Positions 13,010 to 30,380 of a stretch of 64,000 nucleotides of DNA are shown piece after piece. Every line of letters starts with the position of its first letter. Positions within the stretch are counted from its first letter, which is position 1. The position numbers were made by a program, and so were the translations under genes. This DNA comes from Sphagnum compactum (Eukaryota), in contig OZ234493.1 in NCBI GenBank assembly GCA_965153455.1, positions 35,516,213-35,580,212 on the forward strand, in the 5' to 3' direction. A model generated the notes under the pieces. That model was given only the letters and a program-made list of their open reading frames with translations. It was not told where the DNA came from and did no database searches.

Positions 13010-13205
13010 TGCTGATCGCCTTCTTCCCTCTTCCTTGTGATCTACAACGATTTCTCGCGCAACACAACCCAACGCTTGCAATTCCTCCTGCGCGTTTTAG
13101 TGCAACACTCCGCATCACCGAGAGCAAGAAAGGTGGCTGCAATCGTCGTTTACGAGCGCAAGAACTGTCGTTGCGGCCTTCCATTCGGATTCACAAGCAA
13201 ATGCC

Positions 13206-13343
13206 TCTCCTCTTGAATGAAACCATTAATGTCCTATGGATGAAAAAAACTATATTTATCCTCTTGTAGATATAGTTTTGTACAAGTTATTTTTCAAAGT
13301 TTTTTCATCCATTAGGGCACTGATGGTTTCATTTAAGAGGAGA
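13206..13343. mobile_element. Small foldback MITE with ~45-bp terminal inverted repeats
   Basis: tctcctcttgaatgaaaccattaatgtcctatggatgaaaaaa pairs with tttttcatccattagggcactgatggtttcatttaagaggaga, with few mismatches. Confidence 0.75.
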
Positions 13344-14209
13344 GAGATATGTGCATGCCAATCGGAGATATGTATGTACATGTGAATGTATAACTGGAAT
13401 GTGTAATTGTAACCATACAACCCTGTAAGACCATTTCAAGCCATGTAAAAATAATATAAAACACAAATGAGGGACAAAATGAGTGTAAAACATGAGCCTT
13501 TATGACCCAACCCCTTTTCCTTTTATTTTTGCGTCCTCTTTGTTGAACTAGCTCCAATTTCATAATCGTTAGCTTCTTGTAGCTATTGCAATGTAGAACG
13601 TCCATCATGTCGCATGCACACCTAAAGTAGGTGCTCCCCTCCTTTCATAACGCTACTGGTTTTTTTAGTCATGCTACTAGGTTTTCCTCTATATGAAGGT
13701 TTATTTGGAACATCTAAATTTCCTTTCAATGTTACCTTGTGTAGGTCACAAGAGCTTCTTTCTTCCATCACTAAGTACATACCACATCCCAAACCCCTTT
13801 TACTTTCCTATGTTTGTTTTGTTGCTAATGAGAGGAGTCAAAGTTCTTCATAGTGATGGCCATGATTTATACATTGTTTAAAACATGCCTTGTTTATGCA
13901 AAGTTAATAAAGATTCTTCCAATTGCCATTTTTAATTTGTAAAAATCTCAATGTTTATACTAAAACTTGTGGATGAAAAGGTTTAGGTGTCCCTAAATGT
14001 AAAAACAATTGGAAGCAAGGGGACATGAAATAGTTTTTCATTCAACAAATTGAAGTTGTTTTTTTCATTTTTGATGTGCTTACATTTTGCTTTCACATCC
14101 ATCATTTCAAGCACATCATGTGTAAATTAGAATCAAATTGTTATGAAGATAGAACACAAAAAGATAAAATGAAAAATTCATATGCAAAAGGTATTATGGT
14201 CATTTTCTC

Positions 14210-14600
14210 GCAAATAAAGGTTTACAACAAAATGAGAGTATTGCACCTTTCACTACCATGGAAGATTTTGGTTTGTAAAAAAATGAAAACATTGTATTTC
14301 CTCTTGTCGTTGAAGATTATGGTTTGCAAAAAAATAGGGTATTGCACCTTTCATTACCATGGAAAATTGTGGTTCTAAAAAAGTGAGAATATTGTATCTC
14401 CCATTATCATTGAAGATTTTGGTTTGTAGAAAAATGAGGGTAGTACACCTTTCACTACCATGGAAGATTGTGGTTTGCAAAAAAAAAAAAAAAAGGTAAA
14501 ATTATATCTCCCATTATCTTTGAAGGTTATGATTTGCACAAGGATGAAGGTATTGCACACCTCCCATTACCATTGATAATTCTGATTTTCAAAACAAGAA
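14210..14600. repeat. Degenerate ~50-55 bp minisatellite, about 7 copies
   Basis: Recurrent gtattgcacctttcactaccatggaagatt.tggtttg.aaaaaa alternating with attgtatctcccattatcattgaagatt variants. Confidence 0.75.
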
Positions 14601-16371
14601 TTATAAGATAATCAAAACATCACCATCTACACTAGCAATATATGGACACAAAGGGGAACAACATGGAAGGGTGCTCACCCTAAACCTTGCCATGCAAGAT
14701 GACAATGAAAACAGTTACAAAATGATCACAACAAAAAAGAACCAAAAATGATGAAATAGGTAAGAAGCTCACTTGAAATAGGTCATTGTTGGAACTTGCA
14801 ACAATACTAGGAGTTACAAGATGTGCACAATGTTGCCAACTTCAATTGAAAAAACCCTAATGAAAGGGAACAACATGACGAAGCTTACAAAACTACAAAG
14901 AAGGGTCTTCGCAAATTGGGGAACTCATTTTTCCCCAGCTAACTCCCTTTTCTCTACTACCTATTTTCTCTTAATGCCTATCATGTACCCTCTCCCCCTT
15001 TTCTTCCTTTCTTTCTTTGTTAAATAAGTTCCACTTTGTAAACATTATTTTGAGACTTGTGAGAGAGAATAAAAAAAAGGAGGAAATATAATGTATATTC
15101 AAAATAATGCATTGTATTCATTTGTTGATTCTCCCATAGAGAACTTCCCCTAAAAATATTGCACCTACCAACGTCATTGAAGATTATGCTTCTTTATATA
15201 GATGAAGATATTGCATTATAATTATACTTGCATAGGCTTACACAACCAAAAATATACAAACAAAATCACATAAATGTATTTTAAAAATACAAACATGTAC
15301 ACCATAAAAGTGTAAATTTTACATCTCAAATTTTACACAATGTTTAAGAGTAAAAACTTCAATGTGCAACTTGAATAAATGATTTAGAATTACGTAGTTT
15401 TATGTGGTTGCATTACATGGCCATTTACACTTACACACAACGATGGTAAAAAGCTAAGGTTCACAAGCACATGGCTTTGATAGTCACCATTTTACACCAT
15501 CAGTAGAGACTCTATGTTCATGAGGACACAATTTTAATAGTTGCATGGGTTCAATCCTCTTAGGGTTTATACAATAACTGATTAAAACTTTACCACAAAA
15601 TTAGTTTAGTGAAATATCTCAATTTCATGGTTTTTCACTAAACTAATTTGAAGGAAAGTTTAAAATTTTTGGGGAATAATTTGAAGAAAAAGTATCAATC
15701 ATTTGGCTAACTATTATCACTAAACTGATATCTCAATTGGGGAACGAATGGTTGTCCATCCACAAGCAAATGCCCTTCCACTTGGATGAAACCATCATAT
15801 ACATTGCATCAAGTTTGAATGTTTAGAATTGGCTCGCTCAGTAGAACAAATCGGGGTTCACAACCAAATGGCCTTGCCCTTGTTTGAAGCCATCTACAAG
15901 ATGAAAAGAAATTGAACTCATAAAGTTTCATGCTAAAAATTGCTCATTGGAAAGAAAATCACAAGATCAAGCACACCAATCTCAATCAGACCTCACTTTG
16001 TATTCAGTGAAGAGAGCAGCATTCATTCCTTGACACATAAATTTGTGACAATCTCCCATGCCTAGCAGTAGCCAGGGTTTCTCTCTTTCTCTATTTCTTG
16101 CAACAAACACTATTTCCTATAACAATTCCAGGATTCCAAAATCTGAAAGGACTCGGGTGAGTAAACCTGAAGTATGTTGTGCATGGGTGAGAATCGGCAC
16201 TGTACAACCTGTTGAATAGCTGTTCAATACCTTCACCTGTGTGTCTGGACTTAGCATATTATTCATGACCAAACCTCATTAGCATTCCTTTAACAGTATA
16301 CCGAACCAAATCAACACAGTTGCAAATAACCCATATCCACCTGCTAAGGTTCATAATTTCAAAAATGGTGT

Positions 16372-21408
<5,037 letters not shown>

Positions 21409-21444
21409 TTTTCTGCTATTCTAACTTCCGAAAATATGCGATCT

Positions 21445-22900
21445 GCAATGCACAACGAGACAAATAAGCTGTTGACAGACGTTCGGTGTTCGTTACATAC
21501 CAAAGAGTACAGCGTCGTGGTCAATAATCGGAGATGGACAGAGACTGAACGGATTTCGAATAAAAGCTGTTCGGCTGCATGGGAAGCTAAGAGGGCTGGA
21601 AGGCCAGATGGCCTTTCTAGTGTTCCCAATCGATCATGCCCTTAACGGCATCGCAAGAAACGAAGGCGGCACATGCAACCAAAGCTTCCTCCTAAACTCC
21701 TCTTCGGCTACTACTATCAAAGAGAAGACGTAAAACATCGGTAGCTTCCGCCAGCTAACCCGATCGCCGTCCGGCGAGAGAGATTAAAACTCTGTGAACG
21801 CCTAAACCAAGAAAGGAGAATCAAACATTAAAAAATGATTCATCGAGCTCGGATTCCGGCATCTTGCATCGTTATAGCACATAAACACGCATTTGAAAAA
21901 GACTTAACCAAAACAAAATAAAACGATACTCAACCAATCCTCATTCTGACAGCAAAACCCCCACGAACGAACACAAATGGAGCAAGCTCAGCATCAGAGA
22001 AAACACTACAAAAATCCAAGAAATGTCCTCACCAGACCGGATCGGAGAGAAAGGAAACGGAAAAGAGAGGTCTATCGATCGATCGAACTGTCGATCTATC
22101 TATCTATCTATCGATGGATGGATCGACCGATGCCAGTGAGCTGACAGCACATTCGCGAAAAAACTCAACTAAAGAAACCCAAAAAAAAGAAGGTAAGAAA
22201 TCCACACCAAAAAAAAAAAAAAAAAAAAACGTCGGGAGATCGCAGGAAAGAGAGATGCACGCAATACCTCCGAACTGTGGAGTCCCGCTGAGAAGATCAC
22301 AACGATCGCTCGAGGTGCGAGTGAAGAGCTGCTGCGAGCAGAAAAACATTCGGAAGAGTTGTAGAGCACGCCACAGAAGAAGAGAACATGAAGAAGACGA
22401 AGGCGAGCTTCGCGAAGCCCACGAGTTGCCACAACCGCCCGATGACACATCTGGCGGCCGGAATCATGCCAGAAGAACTCACCGTCGATTCGGATCCGAC
22501 GATCTGTGATGGTCACTGGTGTTGCAGGTGTCTGACCGTCGGACGAGAGCGGCGTACAAAGGAACGGAGATTGACCACCGGTCCAGCACCACCCCGACCG
22601 TTGAAACTATTTTTACTTACGAAAGAAAGAAAATCGCCGCTTTCTGTCTTTTACACTCGCGACATCACCCATTACTGCCGGTCGGCGGGTTACTCGGAAC
22701 CGGTGAACCGGCCGCCCAGATGCCTCCTAACCAACTGCTATACTCCCGGGAGGCCGCCAAGCAACGGGTCTACCCGCCTAAGTTGCCGAAACTGTAGGTC
22801 AAGAAGAGATTCCAGGAGTGCCCTTTTCTTAAAAGAAATATGTCCTAAGGTTACCAGGACCTACGGTTCGAACTAAGTTTAACTAAGGCCGCACACGTGA
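21445..22900 (-). promoter_or_regulatory. CpG-rich promoter/5'UTR of GAPCp with a probable 5'UTR intron (donor GTGAGG at 22032) and a GATC/ATCT microsatellite (22072-22125)
   Basis: GC/CpG-rich island directly upstream of the ATG, CT-rich leader on the minus strand, consensus donor TG|GTGAG. Acceptor position uncertain (about 21421-21445). Confidence 0.45.
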
Positions 22901-24299
22901 CAACAGCTTCATTCTTTTATTCCTTAATTTTCTATCTATTATTGAATGGTATCCCTGTTCCCACTTGGGACCAGTTGTCAGTTGACCAGATACCAGGTGG
23001 CTGCAATTGATTGGTTTATATGAAAATGGCCATTCCCTAATTAATAGGGCCCCAAGGCCCAATTTGTGTGGCCTCATATCAGGTATACGTATATACTTAT
23101 TCTTGTGCGAAAGACGTACACTCCCTACCCCCGGGGGGTTCCAACACAAACCCCCCCCCCCCCCCCCCTCTCTTTTGGCTGGAATTTATGAATTTATTAC
23201 TCCAAACTTCAAGAAAATTAAGAATTAGTAAAATTTTGGAAACACAAGAACCTCAAATCATAAAAATGATAAAAAGTTAGTCATCAAATTGAAAATACTT
23301 GACCCCCATTTTACTTCAATAAAATAAAATTCATTTAGATAAACCTTGACATCAAAGGAGAAAACACTTGCCCTTGGACTTCCAAATATTTTGCCCTAAA
23401 GGTTCTAGCCTTGTTAAGGACTTTGGCATTGTAGGAATACTTCCCCCCAATATACAAAGCACACATAAAACTAGATTAGTGCCTTTTGGCAACAAATCAA
23501 CATGCAAAAATATTTATAGACCATTTTGAGTTGTAAAAGATGAGACAAATATTCTATGAGGGTCACGATTGGATCTCTTTCAAATTGCAATCAATTCTAC
23601 CCTAAACTTTTGTATGTTTTGGTGTATATTAAATAGGTTCCCATGTTTTTTAGTCTAGACCAACATTTTATTTTTATTTTGTGAAAGTTTACAAAATTCA
23701 ACTTAGCAACAAGTCTTGTGGCCCAAGAATGGTGGAGGAGACAAGAAAAAACAAGTTCAATAGGTAGGGTGTTCGTTGCAAGGGGTATTAGCGGGAGGCC
23801 AAAAATGGTGACAAACTCTTTTGGGAAGAGGAATTTCATGCAGCCAATGGGAAGGGCCAAGCATGCACTCAAGGTGCCTTGCTTTTTTTTCCTTTTAAGT
23901 CTTGGGGGGGAGGGGGGAAGGGAAGGGATTTTTTTTTCCATTTTTCCCTCGTCCCCAATGTGTATCCACTATGTTCCCTTCAAGTTCCCAAGGGGTTCCT
24001 AGTATGTTCCCCAAGTTTCCAATGTGTTCCCCAACATGTGCTCCATAGCACCTCACTTTTATCCCATATGCTTTGGCAAATGTTGTCGTCCTTTCACCTA
24101 TATAAGTGGGCCAAAGGGGACAAACTCTATATTTCAAAATAGAACCTTTTATTTTGGGGAGCTACCATAGTTTCACTTCTTTTTTTTTTGAGTAATGGGC
24201 CAATCAAATTGGCTGGTTGCAAAAACAAAAAATTGAATTTGGGGAGGTCCGCCATCTAATAATAGGAGAGGTTAATAGGAGAGGTGAATAGGAGATGAA

Positions 24300-25400
24300 G
24301 TCCTATGACAAACTACCATAATTTGAAGCACATGTTGAGTGATATTTGTAATTCTAGAATGATAATGATTGTTTATAATATCACATGCATTTTTTTAAAA
24401 GCCAAAGGAAGTTGTGGTGGTATTTGATTTCATTGTCATTTCTTTAGACAAAACATCCATAAACAAAAGCATTTCAATCCTTTTGTATGTTGTTGAGAAA
24501 TGGTGTCTATCCTTATTTTATTGTTCATGTTAATGGTTGTCGTTCACCTCACTAAGATATGAAGCTTTTGGTCGTTACCAGAGGTTGACAAATTGATGCA
24601 ATATCTTATTAGTTTTGACATAATCAACTTCTTTGAGGACAACTAGAATAGAACAACAATTACAACATAAGTTTCTTTCCTTCTAAATAGGGTTTCATTG
24701 CATGGTAGATCACACCAATTAAATAATTCAAAATTTAAGAAAATCGAATGTGATGACTTGACTTGAATCACTTTTTCAATCCTTACAATTTGATCTTAAG
24801 CACAAAAAAAATAACATCTAACATACCAAAAGTTGGCCAAAATCTCAGTATCTAAAGGCAATAATATTTGAGGAATATCAAGATGCTTTACATCAATGTG
24901 TGAAATGTAGCCGATAGGGTTAGGCAAATGTGCAACATACTGTTGTTGAAGATGGTCGTGGATAGAGGGGTTTAGGCAAAAAGAATTTCTAACATTGGAA
25001 TGTTAAGTGATGTTGAGATTTTGCTAGATGGCATTGTGTAATATGAAACTTCCCTTTGTTGGAGGCTAAGCAACTCATTCATTAAAGTCTTTCAATTTAA
25101 AGAATATGTTTGTCTATGATTTTGGTGGTTATAGTTATCTACTACAGCAATGTATATGCTACGTATTCAAACACCCTTCGACCTCATATAACCAACCTTG
25201 ATTTGCATTCTTGATTGACCTAGTTGAGGCAAAACCTACTACATGGATCCCCCTTGCCGTGGGCCACAAAACTTAGTACTAGAAGAGCCGATTTGACATT
25301 TGAATGTAATAGACAATAATAACATATATATCTGAAAGCTAAAGTGAAATTTTCATGGGTAGTCTTCAAAGCCTTGCTTTAATGATAAGCCACTACTACC
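24300..25400 (+). pseudogene. Decayed hAT-superfamily (ZNF862/ZMYM-like) transposase remnant
   Basis: From 24687 it reads IGFHCMVDHTN*IIQNLRKSNVMT*LESLFQSL, matching the hAT GVHCMAHRTNL motif; multiple stops and frameshifts. Confidence 0.55.
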
Positions 25401-26258
25401 AGCCAGCCATTCATAGGTTTTATAATAGCTAGAAGAACCTTCAAAGGTTGAACACCAATGTTTTACAAACAATTCTGTATTCTTTGAGTAGTCCAAATTG
25501 ATGTGCTAAACATGCATGGTCTTTGCAATATATTAAGAAATCAATTCCATTTGGATGGTTCAGAAATAAGCGCAGATGCTGCTGCTTGTGACCGACAAAA
25601 AGTTGTTTGCAATTGCATCATGCTCTCTCCCTTGATGCTTCCCCATCTTTTGCCCTGTGTCTTGAATGCCCCCTCCCCACCCCCACCCCACCCCCCCATA
25701 CATTCATCACTTTTCTCAACTCAGTACAAATTTACATCCCACCAAACCAGCGGTGTAGAACTTAAATAGAAATTTCTTTGAGCCGCCACAACTTCCATTT
25801 CGTTCAGAAGCTTCTAAACAGTTAGTTATTCACTGGGCAGGTTCCCCCAGGAATATGGCAAGCCCCATCCAGCAAGCAAGCCGTTGTTCTGTTGGGTGGT
25901 AATGGGGAACTAACTACCAGGGCCTATTCTAAACCCCATAGAGTGACCCGTTGTTCTGTTGGGTGGTAACGGATTCTTCCTGGGCCTGTTCCAAAGCATA
26001 ACCAGTTCACCCCACCGTCATATTCACCTTCCAAACATCCGCCGTCAACTCGTGTTACAAGTGAAGCTGACTGCATTTAAATGTGGAACCAGCAAGTGCC
26101 TAAGAAATTGGCTGAAGAGTGTAAAGTACACTACTGAAGAGTGCAAAATACGACACTGTAACCCTTGTGGAAATGCAGAGGTTTTTATTGGGATCGAGTT
26201 CCCTACTAACCACTGTGGTTACCTCCCTTGGTATTGTATTTTTACAGACCTACCTACT

Positions 26259-26284
26259 AACCCTAAACCCTAAACCCTAAACCC
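26259..26284 (+). repeat. Interstitial plant telomere-type repeat (CCCTAAA)x3
   Basis: aaccctaaaccctaaaccctaaaccc read directly. Confidence 0.8.
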
Positions 26285-27733
26285 ACTAGGCCTTACCTGC
26301 ATATTAAGTTCTAACTATCTACTTTGCAGCTGTTTACATTGCAGCTACCTATTGTCTTACCTACCTGTAGGACCTAGTTTTGACAGGATAGGTATAACCA
26401 AGGGTTTAACTGGATGTCACCTTGGTTGGGGTTCATCCACATTAGAATTTGGAGTTATATTGAGCTTCCGATGGCCCCGTGGCGGTGTGTTCCCTCTGGC
26501 CTTCCAAATGGTAATCAGGGATCAGGGTATCATTAATGGTAATGACATTTTTTTAATGGATTTATGGGTCTTTTTTTTTGTCTTTTCTTTTTCTTTTCAC
26601 TATGGAAGAGAAGGAAAGCACTTTGGTTTTCCCCAGCTTACCAAAGGCTGCAAAAGTCTTTTTCCACTTTGCATGGTGCAGATTCCGTGGCATAATGGAC
26701 CAATAAGCATGACATTATAATGCAACATTTTGACATACGACATCATATTACAAAATTTTACACAAAACCAATCGAATTGATTGGTGGGTTGTAGCCTCAA
26801 CAATTGTCCAGCTTCTATGAGTCTGGTAGCATGCAGTTGTTGCCCCAATACGGTGCCTTGTCGTAGGCCCCTTATTTTAGGAATGCTCCCCACCTGTCGT
26901 AGGCCCCTTATTTTTTTGGGGGGAATGGTTTTTACCCATCGCCTCCTCCAAACATCCAAGTGCCAATGTGTGCAAGAATGTTTTCAATTTGATGAAGTTG
27001 TCCTACCAGCAGAACTTTCTCCAAGTGGGGCAAATTGAAACACACGGCTTCTCATGACATGCCCCCCCCCCAAAAGACAAGATGGCCAAAGTATTATTAT
27101 ATGGAGTAAGTAAATATAGCCGTAAATATTTCTCTAAGTGGCACTATTGAAATGTTTTCTTACTCATAACAATCCCCTCAATAAAAAATACAAGGTGATG
27201 AAAGTAAGTGGGATGTAAAGCTCGAGGGGCCATGAGCTTTACCAGAAGAAGGGCTCATGCAAGATGAAGAAGTCGAGCACAAGCCCAATTCCAGTAAAAC
27301 CTACAGCCAAGGCTTTTATCATGTGTAAAGATCACAACTACAATGGTGATGTGAGCGCAAGAAGACCAGGAAGCTGTGATAAGGGCTCGTGCTTGGAGGT
27401 GGAGCCAAGCACAAGCGCCCCTGTTTCGTTAAAGCTTGCGGCCAAGGGCTTTATTATTGTGCATAAAAGATTGCAACTGCATGGTGGTGTGGCCATGAGA
27501 AGAACACCAACAACCAGGCTTCATGATTTTCATACAGGTCAGGAGAGGTAGTTGAGCTTTACAAAATCAGAATGCCCCACATAGGAAATGGATGAAAAAT
27601 ATCCATCCAAGTAACATGGCATCCAAATACACTTGTTCAAAAAAAGCTAAGTCTTTATGTTTATATGAAGTTTGCTGCTGAAATAGTTAGTTTTTTAAAG
27701 CTTGCTTGCTTTTGACTCTTGGGAGGAAAAGTA

Positions 27734-28000
27734 CCTTACCCTAAGGTCAGTTTTTTGTAATTAAACATAATCCTCAAAATAGTGAAATGAAAATTTAGTG
27801 AAAATATGAAGTTGACATTTTGAAAATCATCATAATTAATTAATTACCATAGGCTAATCTCTGAATAATTTCACTGCTCATATGACAATATTATATTATA
27901 GTAGATGATGGAAAATACATATAATTTCAAAAGAGTCATTATTTGTAAAAAAAATTAATTATTCCTTTTGTCAATTGTGGAAACTGACCTTAGGCTAAGG
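27734..28000. mobile_element. Stowaway/Tc1-mariner-like MITE, 267 bp, ~20-bp TIRs, TA target-site duplication
   Basis: Left end TA|ccttaccctaaggtcagttt, right end aaactgaccttaggctaagg|TA (one mismatch); AT-rich non-coding interior. Confidence 0.75.
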
Positions 28001-30152
28001 TAGTTGGGGTTTTTGGCAATTGATGGTCAGAATTTTAGTATGTTTTTTTCTCAGCAACCTTCTCAGCTCCTTATAAATTAAGCAATTGTTGCCTCCAGCA
28101 AACAAGATAGCCAAAATGAATGTGAACAAATAAATGACAATATACTTGGACCAAGGTGGTCATCAGAGTGGGCAAATGGGCAGGTTGGGGGTTAAGGTTA
28201 GGTTCAAAATAGGTCAACACAGCTCAAAACAAACTTGTCCTACTTGGTAGCAATAAACCAATTGTGTATTATGTTTTCACTTGACTGAAAAGAAAAGGAG
28301 CACATGAACAAAAAAAAGAAAACTGAAAAAAGCCCAACTTCAAAATTTGTGCTTTCCAACAAATTCTCTTGAAATTTTCACAAAGTTCCGTAGGCATTCA
28401 TGGTAAACAATTTTTTTAAAATTTATTCATTCATCTAAATAAAAATAAAAGATGATGCATGTATGTGCTATATAAACCTCACCTCTTTCAAGCCTAACTA
28501 CCTCACTCTATTTTCCCTTACTCACATGCATGGATATGAAAAAAAATAAAATTACATATGCCTTTTCATGTCCATGTTATTTATATTCTACATCAACATG
28601 AACAGGCATGATTTTAACATTTAGCATAAACTATTGAGAACCACATGGGAACATTAAAAAAATTTAAATTTTAAAAATAATTTAAAAGAGAGAGAGAGAG
28701 AGGAAAAAGGGGGATTTTGCTCCCTTTGGAACCTTGGCATGTAGGGTAATGTAACCGTAAATAATATTTCACCGAGTGGAACTATTGAAATGTTTCTTAC
28801 TCATGTCAAATCCCCCCCACTAAAGACAAGTCTATGGTGAAAGCATTTAACCAACTCTTGGTTCTGTTTCCACCTTGGCCCCCCCCCCCCTTGTGTCCAA
28901 TATACTCTAGCAAAGTTATGGACACGGATAAGCTGGAAACATCCCTGCCCTTGATCAGCTTGGAAAAGCCAAGGACGGGTAGTGGCTTCCCATGGCTATA
29001 ACAAAATGATTTATTTGTGTGTTTTCTATGGTGGTTCCCTATTTAGTATTGACTGATTCCTTCAAGTCCAGAAGCCCAACAACAACTCCCTTGAATTCCT
29101 GGACCAAATAGAATTAGAAAGAGAATTAGAGCAAACAACATCAAACTTAGAAACTTAGTGTACGTAGCACCGGCCACTAGTGGACCTTGCTTGAGGCATC
29201 ATGAATGGTGGTGGGCACACAGGAAACTATGGTTAAGGTAGACATGCCCATCATCCAACATAGGTTGATAATCAAACACTTGAATAGTTTTGAGATGGGT
29301 CGATGATCAATCGACCAAATACCCTTCATCATGCATAATATTCCCTATGATTGAATGCACAACAAGAAAAATTTGTGTTCAGCTTTTTGTGTTCAAAGTC
29401 TCAAGATTGATGATCTTGTAATTGTGTTCTGTCGTGGGTGTGGTGATGTATACAACATATGTTAAAAACAAGTGTGTACGTTAATCTACAAAAGGTGTGT
29501 GATGATTGATAGGTTGGGTATATGTCACATTTCATTTGCACATGAATGCATGCACACAAATATGGGTATATCCTAATGCATCGTATGCAAATGTTTGATA
29601 AAAGGTGTGATTTAGTTTATCATGTGAGGTCAATGTTTGGTGATGGGAGGAGACATACACGTTGAAAGGGATACATACAACAACGTCATAAATGTCCTAA
29701 AACCCAAACTTACAATGCACATTTACATCTCAAGCGTAAAAGGTTCAATTCAGCCTAAGAATAAAAGGGCACATTATTGCCTTGGGATATTACAATTTAA
29801 ATTGTATGACCAACCTAATGATTATCAAAAAGATCCTTACACTTTGCATTTGCCACCAAAAGAAGGACATCACAATTTCAATTTCAAAAAGCCAAGCTCA
29901 TTCCAAAAGTTCAACAAATCATTCACTCTTTTTATTATCAAAAATATGTCCACCTTGCCTAGAAAGGTGGTAAATGAGCTCCAAATTTTCTTATAGATGG
30001 TAATTCTTAGTTAACAAGGCTAAGGGGGTGCAAACTAGATAATATGAGCCACACCCCCTATTTACGGGAGCCCTTTAGGGGGAATTTTTCTAAAATATTA
30101 TTCAAAAAAATTCATTTGTTTCATTTTTTTATATTTTCAAAATATATGCAAC

Positions 30153-30380
30153 TTTCAAAAATTTTGAAGTTTATTTATAAAAAAATTTAGTGTTAAAAAA
30201 TATTCATTACAATGTTTAATGAGTGTTTTTCAAAAATTTTGAAGTTTATTTATAAAAAAATTTAGTGTTAAAAAATATTCATTACAATGTTTAATGAGTG
30301 TTTTTCAAAAATTTTGAAGTTTATTTATAAAAAAATTTAGTGTTAAAAAATATTCATTACAATGTTTAATGAGTGTTTTT
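30153..30380. repeat. Perfect 75-bp tandem repeat, 3 copies
   Basis: caaaaattttgaagtttatttataaaaaaatttagtg...gagtgttttt starts at 30156, 30231 and 30306. Confidence 0.95.

Noticed and set aside
12345..13184. 279-aa minus-strand ORF and the overlapping poly-Leu plus-strand ORF (12937-13269)
   Set aside because: Alternate frames over the epsilon pseudogene exon 1, its GCA repeat and intron; the recognisable homology is in another frame.
22104..22876. Several 90-160 aa ORFs upstream of GAPCp, a possible divergent gene
   Set aside because: GC-rich promoter/UTR with homopolymer runs; no recognisable domain or exon chain.
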